A DNA stretch of 55,310 nt from an uncultured archaeon (GTDB lineage Archaea; Aenigmatarchaeota; Aenigmatarchaeia; Aenigmatarchaeales; Aenigmatarchaeaceae): contig CAYGWD010000003.1 in assembly GCA_964353745.1 (NCBI GenBank), positions 1 to 55,310 on the forward strand. The letters run 5' to 3'. Below are positions 46,102 through 55,310 of this stretch, piece after piece. The translations under genes and the position numbers were made by a program. Position 1 is the stretch's first letter, and each line of letters begins with the position of its first letter. The notes under the pieces are model-generated. The model was not told where the DNA came from. It made no database searches and saw nothing but the letters and a program-made list of their open reading frames with translations.

Positions 46102-49100
46102 TCACTTTATGCTCTCCAGGTAATTTAATTTTGGCTCGAATATAGAGCCTTCAGACTTTAGTCTTCTTAATAAATCTTCTGTAGTCTCAGCTTTTAATCC
46201 TTGATCCTCGGCTGCTGCTATTATCTCTTCCTTCGGGACGGGCTTGCCGATCTTCTTCTCAAGCTCGTCAATTATGTCCAGTATTATGTGAATCTTGCTT
46301 CTCTGCGAAGCGGAGACGCCTTCTGTCCTGTCAATGTCTATTTTGCCAGTCTCATAGTCATAGCCTAGTTGCTGTATTGAGAACCTCATTATGTTTATCG
46401 ATCTCTCAGCGTCTTTCATTTCAACCTTCTTAGAAAGCCTTATCTTGGCGGCCGCCTCTGCCAGCCTCATCAAGCCTTCGTTCTGCCTCAGTGTTATCGC
46501 GACGGTTTCCTCGCCTGCGTAAAGGCTTCTCATGTCAAGGTAAAAATTCTTTAATTTCTCGGCCGCTTCCCTGGTCATCTCAGGTTTACTATTCTTCCTA
46601 GCATAAGCTATGTATTTTCTCAAGAATTCGGGAGCTATCAAAGGTTCTACCAAGCTTGGCTTTAATCTTGTCTCCAATATGTGTGAAGCTAGTTTTTCAT
46701 CCTTTTCCTTGTCAGGAACATCTTTCAAAGCAAATTTCAAATCAAACCTGCTTAATAGAGTGTCAGGTATGTCAACTTGTTCTGCTATTGACTTGAACGG
46801 ATCGAACCTAAAGAATTTAGGGTTGGAGCCTGCCAGAACAGAAACCTGAGCAGGCAACGTCGCGACAATAGAAGCCTTCGCGATGCTTATCTGTTGTTGC
46901 TCAAGACCCTCGTGCATTGCAATCTGATCGTCCTTGGACATCTTGTCAAATTCATCAATACAATTATGGACAAAGATGCCGTCAGCAACAAAATTGTGAA
47001 GTGATGGAACAAAGATGTCATATACGTAACCTTCATAGTCAAACTCTTCTATACTTTTTATAGCGTCTAAAAAGAAATCCCGATTTAGCAATGATTGGAT
47101 GCTATAGCTTAAATCAGGACTCAATTGATCTTTTAGCCGCAGTGACAATTTTTGTAGCTGGTCTCTTGACGGCTGCCTCTTCAGATTTCTGTAATCATAA
47201 ATTGTGCTCCAAACACCTCGCTTGACCAGAACAGATTTGTTGATGTTGCTCAGTTCTTTACATATTTCTAGAACAAGACAAATAGGTAGCTTGTCGCTCG
47301 CACTAGAAACCAGATTTATTCTTTTAGGTATTTCAACTCTTATTTTTTCTGAATATCTATCTATGGCATCCTTAAGGGTTGCGACGTCTTTTCTTCCTGT
47401 TATTCTTATTCTATGAACGCTATCTCCTTCTATTAGTCTTGAATAGACATCAAATCTTCTTAGAGCCAAGATAAAATTCAAATTAGTTTCCTTGTTATTA
47501 GATAAAAGAAACTCAACATGTGCCACTTTATATTTCTTGCCTCTTTTGTTGGAATTCTTTAAAGATATACAGCCATCGGAATCCATTGCACCTGCTATAA
47601 AGGCTCTTAGTGTATCATCATTCAACAAGAGCAAATTTTCAAGTTTTTCTCCAACTATTTTTTTATAAATCTCAGCCAGCAATCGATTACCCATATACAG
47701 TTGACTACAATCTGATTCAACTTCTTTGCCTCTTATTTTGCTTCTCATTATTTGTCTGTGTACATTTGGTCTTTCAGAGATTTTTTCCCAGCATCTCATT
47801 AGATTATTAATGTATTTTCTATGAGATTCTGACTGCATCACAGATATCCTAGACCTTCTATGATTCGTGCTTACGTTGCCATCTCCAAAAATGAAACCCA
47901 ACACATAGCCCAATTCCGGAGTTAAAAATGGTGTTTTTAATCTGTTTCCTCCATGAGACATCGCAAATTTGAGACACCTGTTTTTCCATTCTTCATAAAG
48001 ATGCAAGTCTTTCAAAATGTTCTTGAATTCTCCAACAGAAATCTGCAAGCCGCCTGAAAGAAAATGACGATTTAGCCTAAACCTATCATTAAAATCTTTA
48101 ATCGTCCTGTATCTGCTCAAAATGACTTTCTTTAGCTCGAATTTTTCTTCCTTTGCCAAGCAAACTTTCCATTCATCAGGAACGATATCCATCACATATA
48201 TCTTCTTGATTTTATGCTGTAAAAGTTTCAAAGGCGATACTACGCTGTCATTGCTAGAAAATTCCTTAGAAGCCTTCCAAGAAAAAGAATTTCCATCAAG
48301 AAGTTTATGACCTGGGGTTAAGCAAATTTCAAATCCAGAATCAAATTTTATTTTCATCATCTTGCCTTTGTATTGCTTTCTGCCTATGCCAAAGGACATG
48401 GCATTGAGTACGGTTTTATTTTTGAGGTCAAAAGAACTGACAGAAAAATTCGATTTATCATTTACTTCTATAATTTCTCCCTTGGAAATAGCCTTTTCAG
48501 CAATATTCCCATCAAAAATATTTTTTACAGAAACTATTTTGTCATTTATCAGAATCTTTGTTTCAGGATGCAGACACAATATTCCCTTGTTCGCTAAAAT
48601 CATTGCGCCTGCCTCGAGCATCCATCCCCCGCCGAACTCCTCATCTTTGACTACAGTTGCGGTTAACCCAGCCGCTGTCGCGCCCTTGCCCCCGACATAC
48701 TTGCCCCTTGGAATTATTCCTGATATTAATTTTAGCAGTTGGCTCTTGCCGGTATTGTGAACGATAATTCCATTGGCTACAAACCTGTGATAATTAGGCA
48801 CCTCAACATCAAAAACATCTTGGGGGAAATCGTTGTTTATTTTTACAATCTTCTCACTTCGTTCTTTGTGAACTCGATGAACATGAGATTTTGCATATTC
48901 AACTGCTTTTTCTAGTTTAGAAATTTTCTTTTGACTTACAAAGCCTATGTTTTTTGAGAATTTTATTATTGATTCGGAACGCCTAATCATTAGTGAACCG
49001 TTTGGTTTGCTTATAACCTCGCGACCCTTTATTTTTACCATTCTTTTTTTGTTTTCCCATAGAATTCTTGAATGAATGCCAAACCTTAGCAGCAATAATT

Positions 49101-50859
49101 GGACATCCCTCAAAAGTTCAATGTTATTAGACCTCAAGCTAACTGATGTGCGTCCGCGTCCTTTAGAGAAAACGCTGCCATCACCCTCGTAAAGCCATCT
49201 TAAGAAAGAAGCCACTACAGAGTCTCTTGATTGGAATACAAGGTTAGGCACTCTTTTCTCCTTTAAAAATGAAAGCAGCCTGGCCAAATGGGTACGGTTG
49301 ACTTCGTAGTACACAATCTTTTCACTTGTGCGTTTATGCTCATAAGAGCTGATTGGTACGCCAAAACATTTTTCAAGGTGATTTATAATTTTCGGAGCTA
49401 TGTCCAATTCGTCCTTATTTATTACAAAACCTATGCTTCTTTTTCGTATCCAGCCGTCTGCAATTATATAACCGAAAATACCTGCCAGACTTTCATCAAG
49501 AACTTTCGGAATTTTTATATGCCAGCTTTTATGATAATAGCTGCAATCTGTCCATTCGGTATCAACAAAACGCTTCTTCCTACATTCTATTTTCGATATG
49601 GTACAAACTCTATCGTTTATTTTTATCTCATCTAATCTTTTCCATATCCTCTCCCTATCTTTTAGCACTAGCACGGGTTGATTGAAAGTTCCTTTTATGC
49701 TTTTGCCTGTCTCAGTTACTATTTCTATAATCGGCTGGCTTTTGAAAAAATGAAACTTCGTTGCCTTGCCAACTTTTCTTCCCATTCCCATGTGCAGGTT
49801 GTAATTTATGTCCTCCAGATGTTCGGTACCCATTTCACCAATCTTCATGATAGTTCCATCAGACATAACGACTCTTTCGTCTGCAATCAAACAGCTGGGG
49901 TCGCCGATCAACAAAATATGGATGTCTCCTCTAATCCTGGTCTTGTCAGGCAAGTTGTGAGGAACTCCGCCAAACAATTGAAGCATTACAGCCTCTTTTA
50001 TTTCATTCATTCCGTAAATGGAAGGAGCGATAGAAGCAACTATTTTATTGTATATTTCTGGATCATTCGCATACTCTTTGATCTTTTCCTCGTCCTGGGG
50101 AGTTATTATAACCTCTTCCCATTCCATCTCCGTAGGTTCCACGTAATTAGCTTCAACATAGATGTCCATTTGCGTCCTGAGTTTTCCTTTTATGAATTTC
50201 TTTGTTTCCTTGACAATGCAATTTACCTTAAGCCTGTTTCCAGGGTCTGTTTTTCTTTGCATCTCCGGAATAGTCAAATCCCCTTTCAGATACACCGGAA
50301 CCTCTCCTGGCCTTTCTCCTGTGACTATTTCGAACGGTTCTTCAATGAATATCCATCTGGCATCAAAAAGTCTTCTGTCAATCAAAACAAAACCGCCTTT
50401 TCTGCCGCATTCAGGATTCTCGCAAATGACAGGAGGGTTCAAGAATCTCTCTGTCTGCTTTATCTCCATTTTTTGACCGCACTCAGGGCACTGATAAATG
50501 GCAACATCAAATTCAGGCCTAACTTCTGAGGCTCTTCTGACAACGCCATCCAAACATAAGAATTTACCAATGTGTTCTGACCTCAAGCTCCTTATTCTCA
50601 GGTTGAATTTTTCAGGCAGATTCTTGAATCTGGGTTCTATTTTTATGTTCTCCCCCAAAAGGTCCGTACTCAGAATAGCTTCTCTGGCAGCCTTTATCAT
50701 GTTTTCAGGGTCGTTCAAAAGTTTGTCTGCCAACTCTGGCTTAAATTTGTCCAACAAAGAAAAATCGACTATAATTGATTTCTTTCCAGCTAGAGCTGCT
50801 GCTTCCAATTCCATTAGGTAGTATTGCCTAAAAAATTCTTCAAACTCTTCTACTTCCAT
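46102..50859 (-). CDS. mcm: MCM replicative helicase with two inteins (about 667 aa spliced; start ATG 50859 or TTG 50868)
   Basis: Zn finger CPEC..CENPEC, RGDIHILLIGDPS|TGKSQ, AAGLTA, GIL|CIDEFDKM, LLSRFD arginine finger, ITLRQNE, C-terminal wH. Confidence 0.96.
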   Translation of the reverse strand: MEVEEFEEFFRQYYLMELEAAALAGKKSIIVDFSLLDKFKPELADKLLNDPENMIKAAREAILSTDLLGENIKIEPRFKNLPEKFNLRIRSLRSEHIGKFLCLDGVVRRASEVRPEFDVAIYQCPECGQKMEIKQTERFLNPPVICENPECGRKGGFVLIDRRLFDARWIFIEEPFEIVTGERPGEVPVYLKGDLTIPEMQRKTDPGNRLKVNCIVKETKKFIKGKLRTQMDIYVEANYVEPTEMEWEEVIITPQDEEKIKEYANDPEIYNKIVASIAPSIYGMNEIKEAVMLQLFGGVPHNLPDKTRIRGDIHILLIGDPSCLIADERVVMSDGTIMKIGEMGTEHLEDINYNLHMGMGRKVGKATKFHFFKSQPIIEIVTETGKSIKGTFNQPVLVLKDRERIWKRLDEIKINDRVCTISKIECRKKRFVDTEWTDCSYYHKSWHIKIPKVLDESLAGIFGYIIADGWIRKRSIGFVINKDELDIAPKIINHLEKCFGVPISSYEHKRTSEKIVYYEVNRTHLARLLSFLKEKRVPNLVFQSRDSVVASFLRWLYEGDGSVFSKGRGRTSVSLRSNNIELLRDVQLLLLRFGIHSRILWENKKRMVKIKGREVISKPNGSLMIRRSESIIKFSKNIGFVSQKKISKLEKAVEYAKSHVHRVHKERSEKIVKINNDFPQDVFDVEVPNYHRFVANGIIVHNTGKSQLLKLISGIIPRGKYVGGKGATAAGLTATVVKDEEFGGGWMLEAGAMILANKGILCLHPETKILINDKIVSVKNIFDGNIAEKAISKGEIIEVNDKSNFSVSSFDLKNKTVLNAMSFGIGRKQYKGKMMKIKFDSGFEICLTPGHKLLDGNSFSWKASKEFSSNDSVVSPLKLLQHKIKKIYVMDIVPDEWKVCLAKEEKFELKKVILSRYRTIKDFNDRFRLNRHFLSGGLQISVGEFKNILKDLHLYEEWKNRCLKFAMSHGGNRLKTPFLTPELGYVLGFIFGDGNVSTNHRRSRISVMQSESHRKYINNLMRCWEKISERPNVHRQIMRSKIRGKEVESDCSQLYMGNRLLAEIYKKIVGEKLENLLLLNDDTLRAFIAGAMDSDGCISLKNSNKRGKKYKVAHVEFLLSNNKETNLNFILALRRFDVYSRLIEGDSVHRIRITGRKDVATLKDAIDRYSEKIRVEIPKRINLVSSASDKLPICLVLEICKELSNINKSVLVKRGVWSTIYDYRNLKRQPSRDQLQKLSLRLKDQLSPDLSYSIQSLLNRDFFLDAIKSIEEFDYEGYVYDIFVPSLHNFVADGIFVHNCIDEFDKMSKDDQIAMHEGLEQQQISIAKASIVATLPAQVSVLAGSNPKFFRFDPFKSIAEQVDIPDTLLSRFDLKFALKDVPDKEKDEKLASHILETRLKPSLVEPLIAPEFLRKYIAYARKNSKPEMTREAAEKLKNFYLDMRSLYAGEETVAITLRQNEGLMRLAEAAAKIRLSKKVEMKDAERSINIMRFSIQQLGYDYETGKIDIDRTEGVSASQRSKIHIILDIIDELEKKIGKPVPKEEIIAAAEDQGLKAETTEDLLRRLKSEGSIFEPKLNYLESIK
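46963..48576 (-). mobile_element. MCM intein 2 (538 aa, LAGLIDADG) at the start of Walker B
   Basis: CLHPETKIL..LTPGHKLL..LGFIFGDG..FIAGAMDSDG..VYDIFVPSLHNFVADGIFVHN|CIDE. Confidence 0.94.
48754..49893 (-). mobile_element. MCM intein 1 (380 aa, LAGLIDADG) in Walker A
   Basis: CLIADERVV..FGYIIADG..FLRWLYEGDG..VFDVEVPNYHRFVANGIIVHN|T. Confidence 0.94.
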
Positions 50860-50868
50860 AAAAAACAA

Positions 50869-51138
50869 TCAACTTTTCTTTATATTTTTTAACTTCTTGT
50901 CCGCCTTTGACACTGCTCTCTTCACATCATTAATAATTCTTCCACCAGTACAAATTATTTTACCACTACCGAAAAGAAGGAATGTAACTCTTGGGTCGTC
51001 TATTCTGTAGACCAAGCCTGGGAACTGCTCTGGCTCGTACTCAACACCATCCAAATTGGAGACCAGTTTTTCGAGTTTTACAGGAACTCCCAAAGAAGTT
51101 GACGCTACAACGTTTTCTATCTTTATTCTAAAACTCAT
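50869..51138 (-). CDS. tbp: TATA-binding protein homologue with only one TBP repeat (89 aa)
   Basis: IKIENVVAS, EYEPEQFPGLVYR, LLFGSGKIICTGG; RBS GAGGGGTG before ATG; stop at the end of a single repeat, MCM immediately downstream. Confidence 0.88.
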   Translation of the reverse strand: MSFRIKIENVVASTSLGVPVKLEKLVSNLDGVEYEPEQFPGLVYRIDDPRVTFLLFGSGKIICTGGRIINDVKRAVSKADKKLKNIKKS

Positions 51139-51164
51139 TAACACCCCTCTGCGTATTAAATAAT

Positions 51165-51190
51165 GAATTTAAAAATATTTAAATAATATT
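51165..51190. promoter_or_regulatory. AT-rich divergent promoter region with palindromic TATA (TATTTAAATA, 51176-51185)
   Basis: Located between the divergently oriented half-TBP and Dph6-like genes. Confidence 0.45.
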
Positions 51191-51248
51191 CTACTGGCTT
51201 TCCCCTGCTTCCGATGGAAAATTTAAGCCCAAAAATTGTAATATTGGT

Positions 51249-51911
51249 ATGAATTTAGCGGCTCTGTTTTCCGGCAGCATCGAGAGCGTTCTGGCATTGT
51301 TAAAAGCAAAGGAACTCGGCCATGAGATAAAATATTTGGCTGTTGTCCACGCTAAAGACGGCAAGAATTATTTGTATCAGACTCCCAACATCGGCCTTGC
51401 TCTGATGCAGTCCCAAATGATTAAAATTCAACTGGTATCCAAAGAGACCAATAATAACGATAATGAAGAAGATTTGAGAGTTCTGTTGAGCGGATTGGAC
51501 TGTGAAGGCGTTGTTTGCGGGGTCATAAGCAACAAAAAAGAGAGGAGAGTCATAAAAAAGGTGTGCAAAGAATTGAATCTGAAGCTGTTAACACCTCTCT
51601 GGGGCTTGGAAAGGAATTATCTGCTTGATGAGATTGTAAAAAATAAGTTAGAGGCAATAATAACTGCTACAACTGACCTGAACGAAATCTGGCTCGGAAG
51701 AATGATTGACCAGAAAGCTGTAGAAGAGTTGAAATCAAAAGACTGTGATATTTTTTCTGAGAACGGCAGGTTCGAGGTAATAGTTCTGGACTGTCCTGAT
51801 TTCCAGAGAAGCATCAAGATAACCAAAAGCAACAAAGAGTGGAACAACGAAACGAAGATGGGCAGGCTAATCATAGAAGACGCTGTTCTGGTCAACAGGC
51901 CAGAGGAATAA
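51249..51911 (+). CDS. Diphthine-ammonia ligase (Dph6/MJ0570)-like protein with degenerate PP-loop
   Basis: Family pattern AALFSG..S, TPNI, EGVVCG, PLWG, WLGR.ID, VLDCPDF; SGGKDS replaced by SGSIES. Confidence 0.8.
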   Translation: MNLAALFSGSIESVLALLKAKELGHEIKYLAVVHAKDGKNYLYQTPNIGLALMQSQMIKIQLVSKETNNNDNEEDLRVLLSGLDCEGVVCGVISNKKERRVIKKVCKELNLKLLTPLWGLERNYLLDEIVKNKLEAIITATTDLNEIWLGRMIDQKAVEELKSKDCDIFSENGRFEVIVLDCPDFQRSIKITKSNKEWNNETKMGRLIIEDAVLVNRPEE

Positions 51912-51942
51912 AAAATTTATAATAACCAACCGCATTAATAAT

Positions 51943-52353
51943 ATGGCTTATTCAGAAACAATAAAAGTAAAGATAAAATCCCAGGAGTTCTGTGACATAA
52001 CAGGAAAGGTCGAAAACATCGTAAGAAATGCAGAAGCAGAGGAAGACATAGAAGACGGCATCTGCAACGTTTTCGCGACAGGGTCAACAGCAGCAGTGAT
52101 CATAAACGAGAACGACCCGATGCTCCTGGAAGACTTTAGAAGAACTTTGGAGAAGATGTCAGGATCGAAGGAAATCTATCAGCACGTGGAGAACGCCTAT
52201 TCTCACATAAGGTCGATGCTAACTGGCAGCAGTCAATCCATACCTGTAAAAGACGGTAAGTTGATGCTCGGGACATGGCAGAACATAATGGTAGTTAACT
52301 TTGACGCTGAAACCAGAGAAAGAGAAGTCGTCATAACGATTGTGGGGGACTAA
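51943..52353 (+). CDS. yjbQ: YjbQ/UPF0047 family protein
   Basis: DITGKV, STAAVIINE, NAYSHIRS, IPVKDGKLMLGTWQNI. Confidence 0.9.
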   Translation: MAYSETIKVKIKSQEFCDITGKVENIVRNAEAEEDIEDGICNVFATGSTAAVIINENDPMLLEDFRRTLEKMSGSKEIYQHVENAYSHIRSMLTGSSQSIPVKDGKLMLGTWQNIMVVNFDAETREREVVITIVGD

Positions 52354-52380
52354 GTTTCAGAAGTCAACCAGTGATAAAAA

Positions 52381-53382
52381 ATGAAAAGTAAAGCTGGCCC
52401 TGTTGGCATAGAGAAGATTTTCGACATAGAAAATGAACCCATGCCCAATGGAGCTTGGTGGTGGTGGTTCTGGTTGTTCTTTTTTGATAATCCTAAGAAT
52501 CCTGAAAAGCCAAGACAATTAATGATACTGTGGTCAACAAAAAACGTAAGAGAAATTGATTGCAACGGCGTCAGGCTCAAAATAAAACCTTCTAAAGATA
52601 GAAGAAATCTCTGCGGTGCAGTCGCCGCATGGTATTTTGACGGAGAAAATATGAATCACAACCTTCTTCTTGAGCAGTGCAACATAAATATATCAGACAA
52701 AGGAATTTATTCAGACTCTGCCACACCTACCTGTTTTTCTGTGGATGAGAATAAAAATATTGTAAAAATTGGAAATGATTTTGAATTCATTGCAGAAATA
52801 AAGACTAAGCACGAATTCATAAAACCGACCTATCAGTCAAGCACCTACATAGGTAACAGGGGATACTCTATTATAAAATTAAATCATCTTGGCTTGAGCG
52901 GAAGAATAAAAAATAAACCGATACATGGAAGCGCTTACTTTCAGCGCATATTCTTGAGTGTGCCTCCACCGCCCTGGTATTGGGGGATATTTCATTTTGA
53001 AAATGGTGGTGTTTTAAGTTATTTCAATCCGCATTTACTTGGAAAGTCCCTGAAGAAGGACATATCATTTTTTGATGGCGAAGAAATGCATAAATTCAGT
53101 GATATAAGTGTAAATAGAAGCGGCGAGGATACACCTACCTTTACTATAACAGGAGAAAACAAACAAGAAAAAATAAAGTTTATTGTAAATTCTTATTCTC
53201 ACTCTTCATGGACATTCAAGAAAAAATTTCTAAAAATAATTCCAAATAAATTGACCTACAATGAGTATCCCGCGGTTATTTCTGGCTTAAAACTTACAGA
53301 CAGAAAAACAGGAAAAAATATTCCTCTATCTTTAGGCAGTTCAGTAGGCAATGCGGAACACACAACAGGATTCTTGCTTTGA
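52381..53382 (+). CDS. Hypothetical beta-rich protein, possibly tocopherol-cyclase/CrtC-like fold
   Basis: WWWWFWLFF start motif, GSAYFQR, PWYWGIFHF; fold assignment is tentative. Confidence 0.55.
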   Translation: MKSKAGPVGIEKIFDIENEPMPNGAWWWWFWLFFFDNPKNPEKPRQLMILWSTKNVREIDCNGVRLKIKPSKDRRNLCGAVAAWYFDGENMNHNLLLEQCNINISDKGIYSDSATPTCFSVDENKNIVKIGNDFEFIAEIKTKHEFIKPTYQSSTYIGNRGYSIIKLNHLGLSGRIKNKPIHGSAYFQRIFLSVPPPPWYWGIFHFENGGVLSYFNPHLLGKSLKKDISFFDGEEMHKFSDISVNRSGEDTPTFTITGENKQEKIKFIVNSYSHSSWTFKKKFLKIIPNKLTYNEYPAVISGLKLTDRKTGKNIPLSLGSSVGNAEHTTGFLL

Positions 53383-53471
53383 TTTTACACTATCTAAATT
53401 TCATTTCCACAAGCTAGAATGGCATATGCAGACTAACTGAAATAGATATAAGATGATACCTACCGATTAAA

Positions 53472-53870
53472 TTATTCTTCAGAACGACCGCCACCACCTG
53501 TATGATGTGTCGCTGCTCCATCATCAGTTATTGGTAATCTTTCAGGACCTTTTTTAAACTCTTCTCCTTTCAACCATTTGTATAATTGTTCTCCACGTTC
53601 TTTTGTTAATTTATAAGTTCTGCCAGTAGGCTGCTCAAGAATTCTAGAACCCACCAATAAATCCAATACAGTTTGTGATGCCATTAAAAGACTTCCATCA
53701 ACTTTTTCAAAATTCTCATTTTCACATTTTTGACCAATGTATAAAATATTATTTCTAAATTCCTCTTTAATAGATTTACTACCTACAAAATCTTTTATGT
53801 ATCCCATCATTTCTTCAGTCATAGATAATAAATTAAAGATTAAAGATTTAAGCTTATTCAGATAACTCAC
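53472..53870 (-). CDS. Hypothetical protein, possible winged-helix C-terminal half; start uncertain
   Basis: VLDLLVGSRILEQPTGRTYKLTKERGEQLYKWL resembles a wH wing. Confidence 0.5.
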   Translation of the reverse strand: MSYLNKLKSLIFNLLSMTEEMMGYIKDFVGSKSIKEEFRNNILYIGQKCENENFEKVDGSLLMASQTVLDLLVGSRILEQPTGRTYKLTKERGEQLYKWLKGEEFKKGPERLPITDDGAATHHTGGGGRSEE

Positions 53871-53968
53871 CGATATATTTCTGAGAAAAGGTTGTATCTT
53901 TTACATTAGCGAAATTTCATATAAGTTAGTTTCTTATAATTATAACAGGAATATAATCCTGTGAAAAA

Positions 53969-55252
53969 ATGCCAAGCGTCTACATAGAAACTTATGGTTG
54001 TTCTGCGTCCCAATGCGAAGCAGAGATAATGGCCGGCCTTTTGGAAGCAGCTGGTTTTGACATTATAAAAAATGAGAAGTATGCTGACCTAATAATAGTC
54101 GTGACATGCTTTGTAAAGCAGGTTACTGAACAACGAATTCTATTTAGAATAAAACAAATAAGAGACGCTTATCCTGAAAAAAAACTAATCATAGCCGGAT
54201 GCATGCCTGAAGGAATATACAGGAAGGTGACAGACATCATTCCGGAAGCCAGTCTGGTAAGCACCCACCACGTAAAAGAAATTGCGCAGGCTGTCAAGAA
54301 AACCTTGGAAGGAAAGAGAGTGGAATACCTTGGAAAATCAGAAGAAGTAAAATTATGCTTGCCGAAAATAAGAAAGAACCCTGTGATAGACATAGTTCCA
54401 ATCTCAAGCGGTTGCGACTCTTCCTGTGCTTATTGCTGCGTTAGGTTTGCCAAAGGTAAATTATTCTCATATCCAAAGGAGATGATAATCAAAGAAATAG
54501 AGAATTCAATAAGGCAAGGCTGTAAAGAAATTTGGCTGACCTCTCAGGACAATGCCTCCTATGGCTTGGAAGACAAATCAAGCTTACCAAAACTATTAAA
54601 TGAAATCTCTACTATTCCTGGTAATTTTCTAGTCAGAGTAGGGATGATGAATCCAAAGAACGTTCTGCCCATACTCGATGATCTAATAGAATCTTATCAG
54701 AACGATAAAATATACAAGTTCTTACACCTGCCTATCCAATCTGGGGATGATAAAGTATTGGAGAAAATGAACAGAGATTACAAAATAGAGGATTTCTTAA
54801 AAATTGTAAAAGGATTTAGAAAGAATATTAATTTTAACCTATGGACCGATGTCATCGTGGGCTTTCCTGAAGAAACTGAAGAACAGTTCGAGAATACTAT
54901 TAAAATAATAGAGAACATCAAGCCTGATTGGACCAATGTCTCAAAGTTCGGATTAAGAAATAAGACTCTTGCTGAAAAACTTGAGCAACTACCACGCAAC
55001 ATTGTTAATGAAAGAAGCGAAAGAATGTCAGAAATAGTGAGAAAAATATCCTTTGAGAAGAACAATGAATGGATGCACTGGGAAGGTGCGGTACTGGTAT
55101 CTAAAAGGGGAAAGGAAGCTGGCCAATGGCTTGGTAGGAACCCCGCTTACAAGCTAATCCTGGTTGAAAACAAGGAGAATTTGCTTGGAAAGTTTGTCAA
55201 GGTGAGGATAAAAGAGGTTGGCTACTCTCATCTGACGGGAGTCCTAATCTGA
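53969..55252 (+). CDS. Radical SAM tRNA methylthiotransferase, archaeal MtaB/CDKAL1-like (t6A37) type
   Basis: UPF0004 domain YIETYGC..TC..AGC, CDSSCAYC, SQD, RVGMMNP, HLPIQSG, TDVIVGFPEETEEQF, C-terminal TRAM. Confidence 0.9.
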   Translation: MPSVYIETYGCSASQCEAEIMAGLLEAAGFDIIKNEKYADLIIVVTCFVKQVTEQRILFRIKQIRDAYPEKKLIIAGCMPEGIYRKVTDIIPEASLVSTHHVKEIAQAVKKTLEGKRVEYLGKSEEVKLCLPKIRKNPVIDIVPISSGCDSSCAYCCVRFAKGKLFSYPKEMIIKEIENSIRQGCKEIWLTSQDNASYGLEDKSSLPKLLNEISTIPGNFLVRVGMMNPKNVLPILDDLIESYQNDKIYKFLHLPIQSGDDKVLEKMNRDYKIEDFLKIVKGFRKNINFNLWTDVIVGFPEETEEQFENTIKIIENIKPDWTNVSKFGLRNKTLAEKLEQLPRNIVNERSERMSEIVRKISFEKNNEWMHWEGAVLVSKRGKEAGQWLGRNPAYKLILVENKENLLGKFVKVRIKEVGYSHLTGVLI

Positions 55253-55310
55253 AAAGACAATCTTTATATTCAAGGAAACTATTATCTTAAAAAGTGAACT
55301 TTATGAAAAT

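Noticed and set aside
49288-50821. Several + strand ORFs including the 283-aa one
   Set aside because: Antisense to MCM with no recognisable motifs; the other short antisense ORFs in the track were dismissed likewise
51145-51248. Replication origin next to mcm
   Set aside because: Short AT-rich gap explained by divergent promoters; no ORB-like repeats and no orc1/cdc6 gene
1-55310. CRISPR array, cas genes, IS elements, integrase
   Set aside because: No regularly spaced repeats and no transposase, integrase or Cas motifs recognised

Overview
Archaeal chromosomal window, AT-rich and gene-dense. It is most consistent with a DPANN lineage such as Aenigmarchaeota (inferred from gene content, not from a search). 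Housekeeping genes: Hef-like helicase, uL16/L10e, eL40, TrmI, RFC-S/L, aIF2-beta, RPA32-like, MCM, MtaB-type methylthiotransferase, tRNA-Pro(UGG) and tRNA-Thr(GGU). Mobile load is heavy: five LAGLIDADG inteins (two in a HerA-like ATPase, one in RFC-S, two in MCM) and two free-standing endonuclease genes, each directly behind a ribosomal protein gene. The best candidate for an undescribed system is a co-oriented ~17.5 kb cluster (7046-24494). It encodes a nuclease-wHTH/wHTH pair, a 2673-aa glycoprotein with nested Ig/jelly-roll/polyglycine domains, a small secreted protein homologous to that giant's C-terminal domain (a possible donor-strand filament subunit plus tip adhesin), a membrane-spanning HerA/VirB4-like ATPase with extracellular Ig domains, coiled-coil partners and MinD. 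Other oddities are a single-repeat 'half' TBP upstream of MCM, a nuclease-less Hef ending in a PIP box, an HExxxH site-2 protease and a degenerate Dph6 homologue. All calls are from motif reading by eye; no database search was run.
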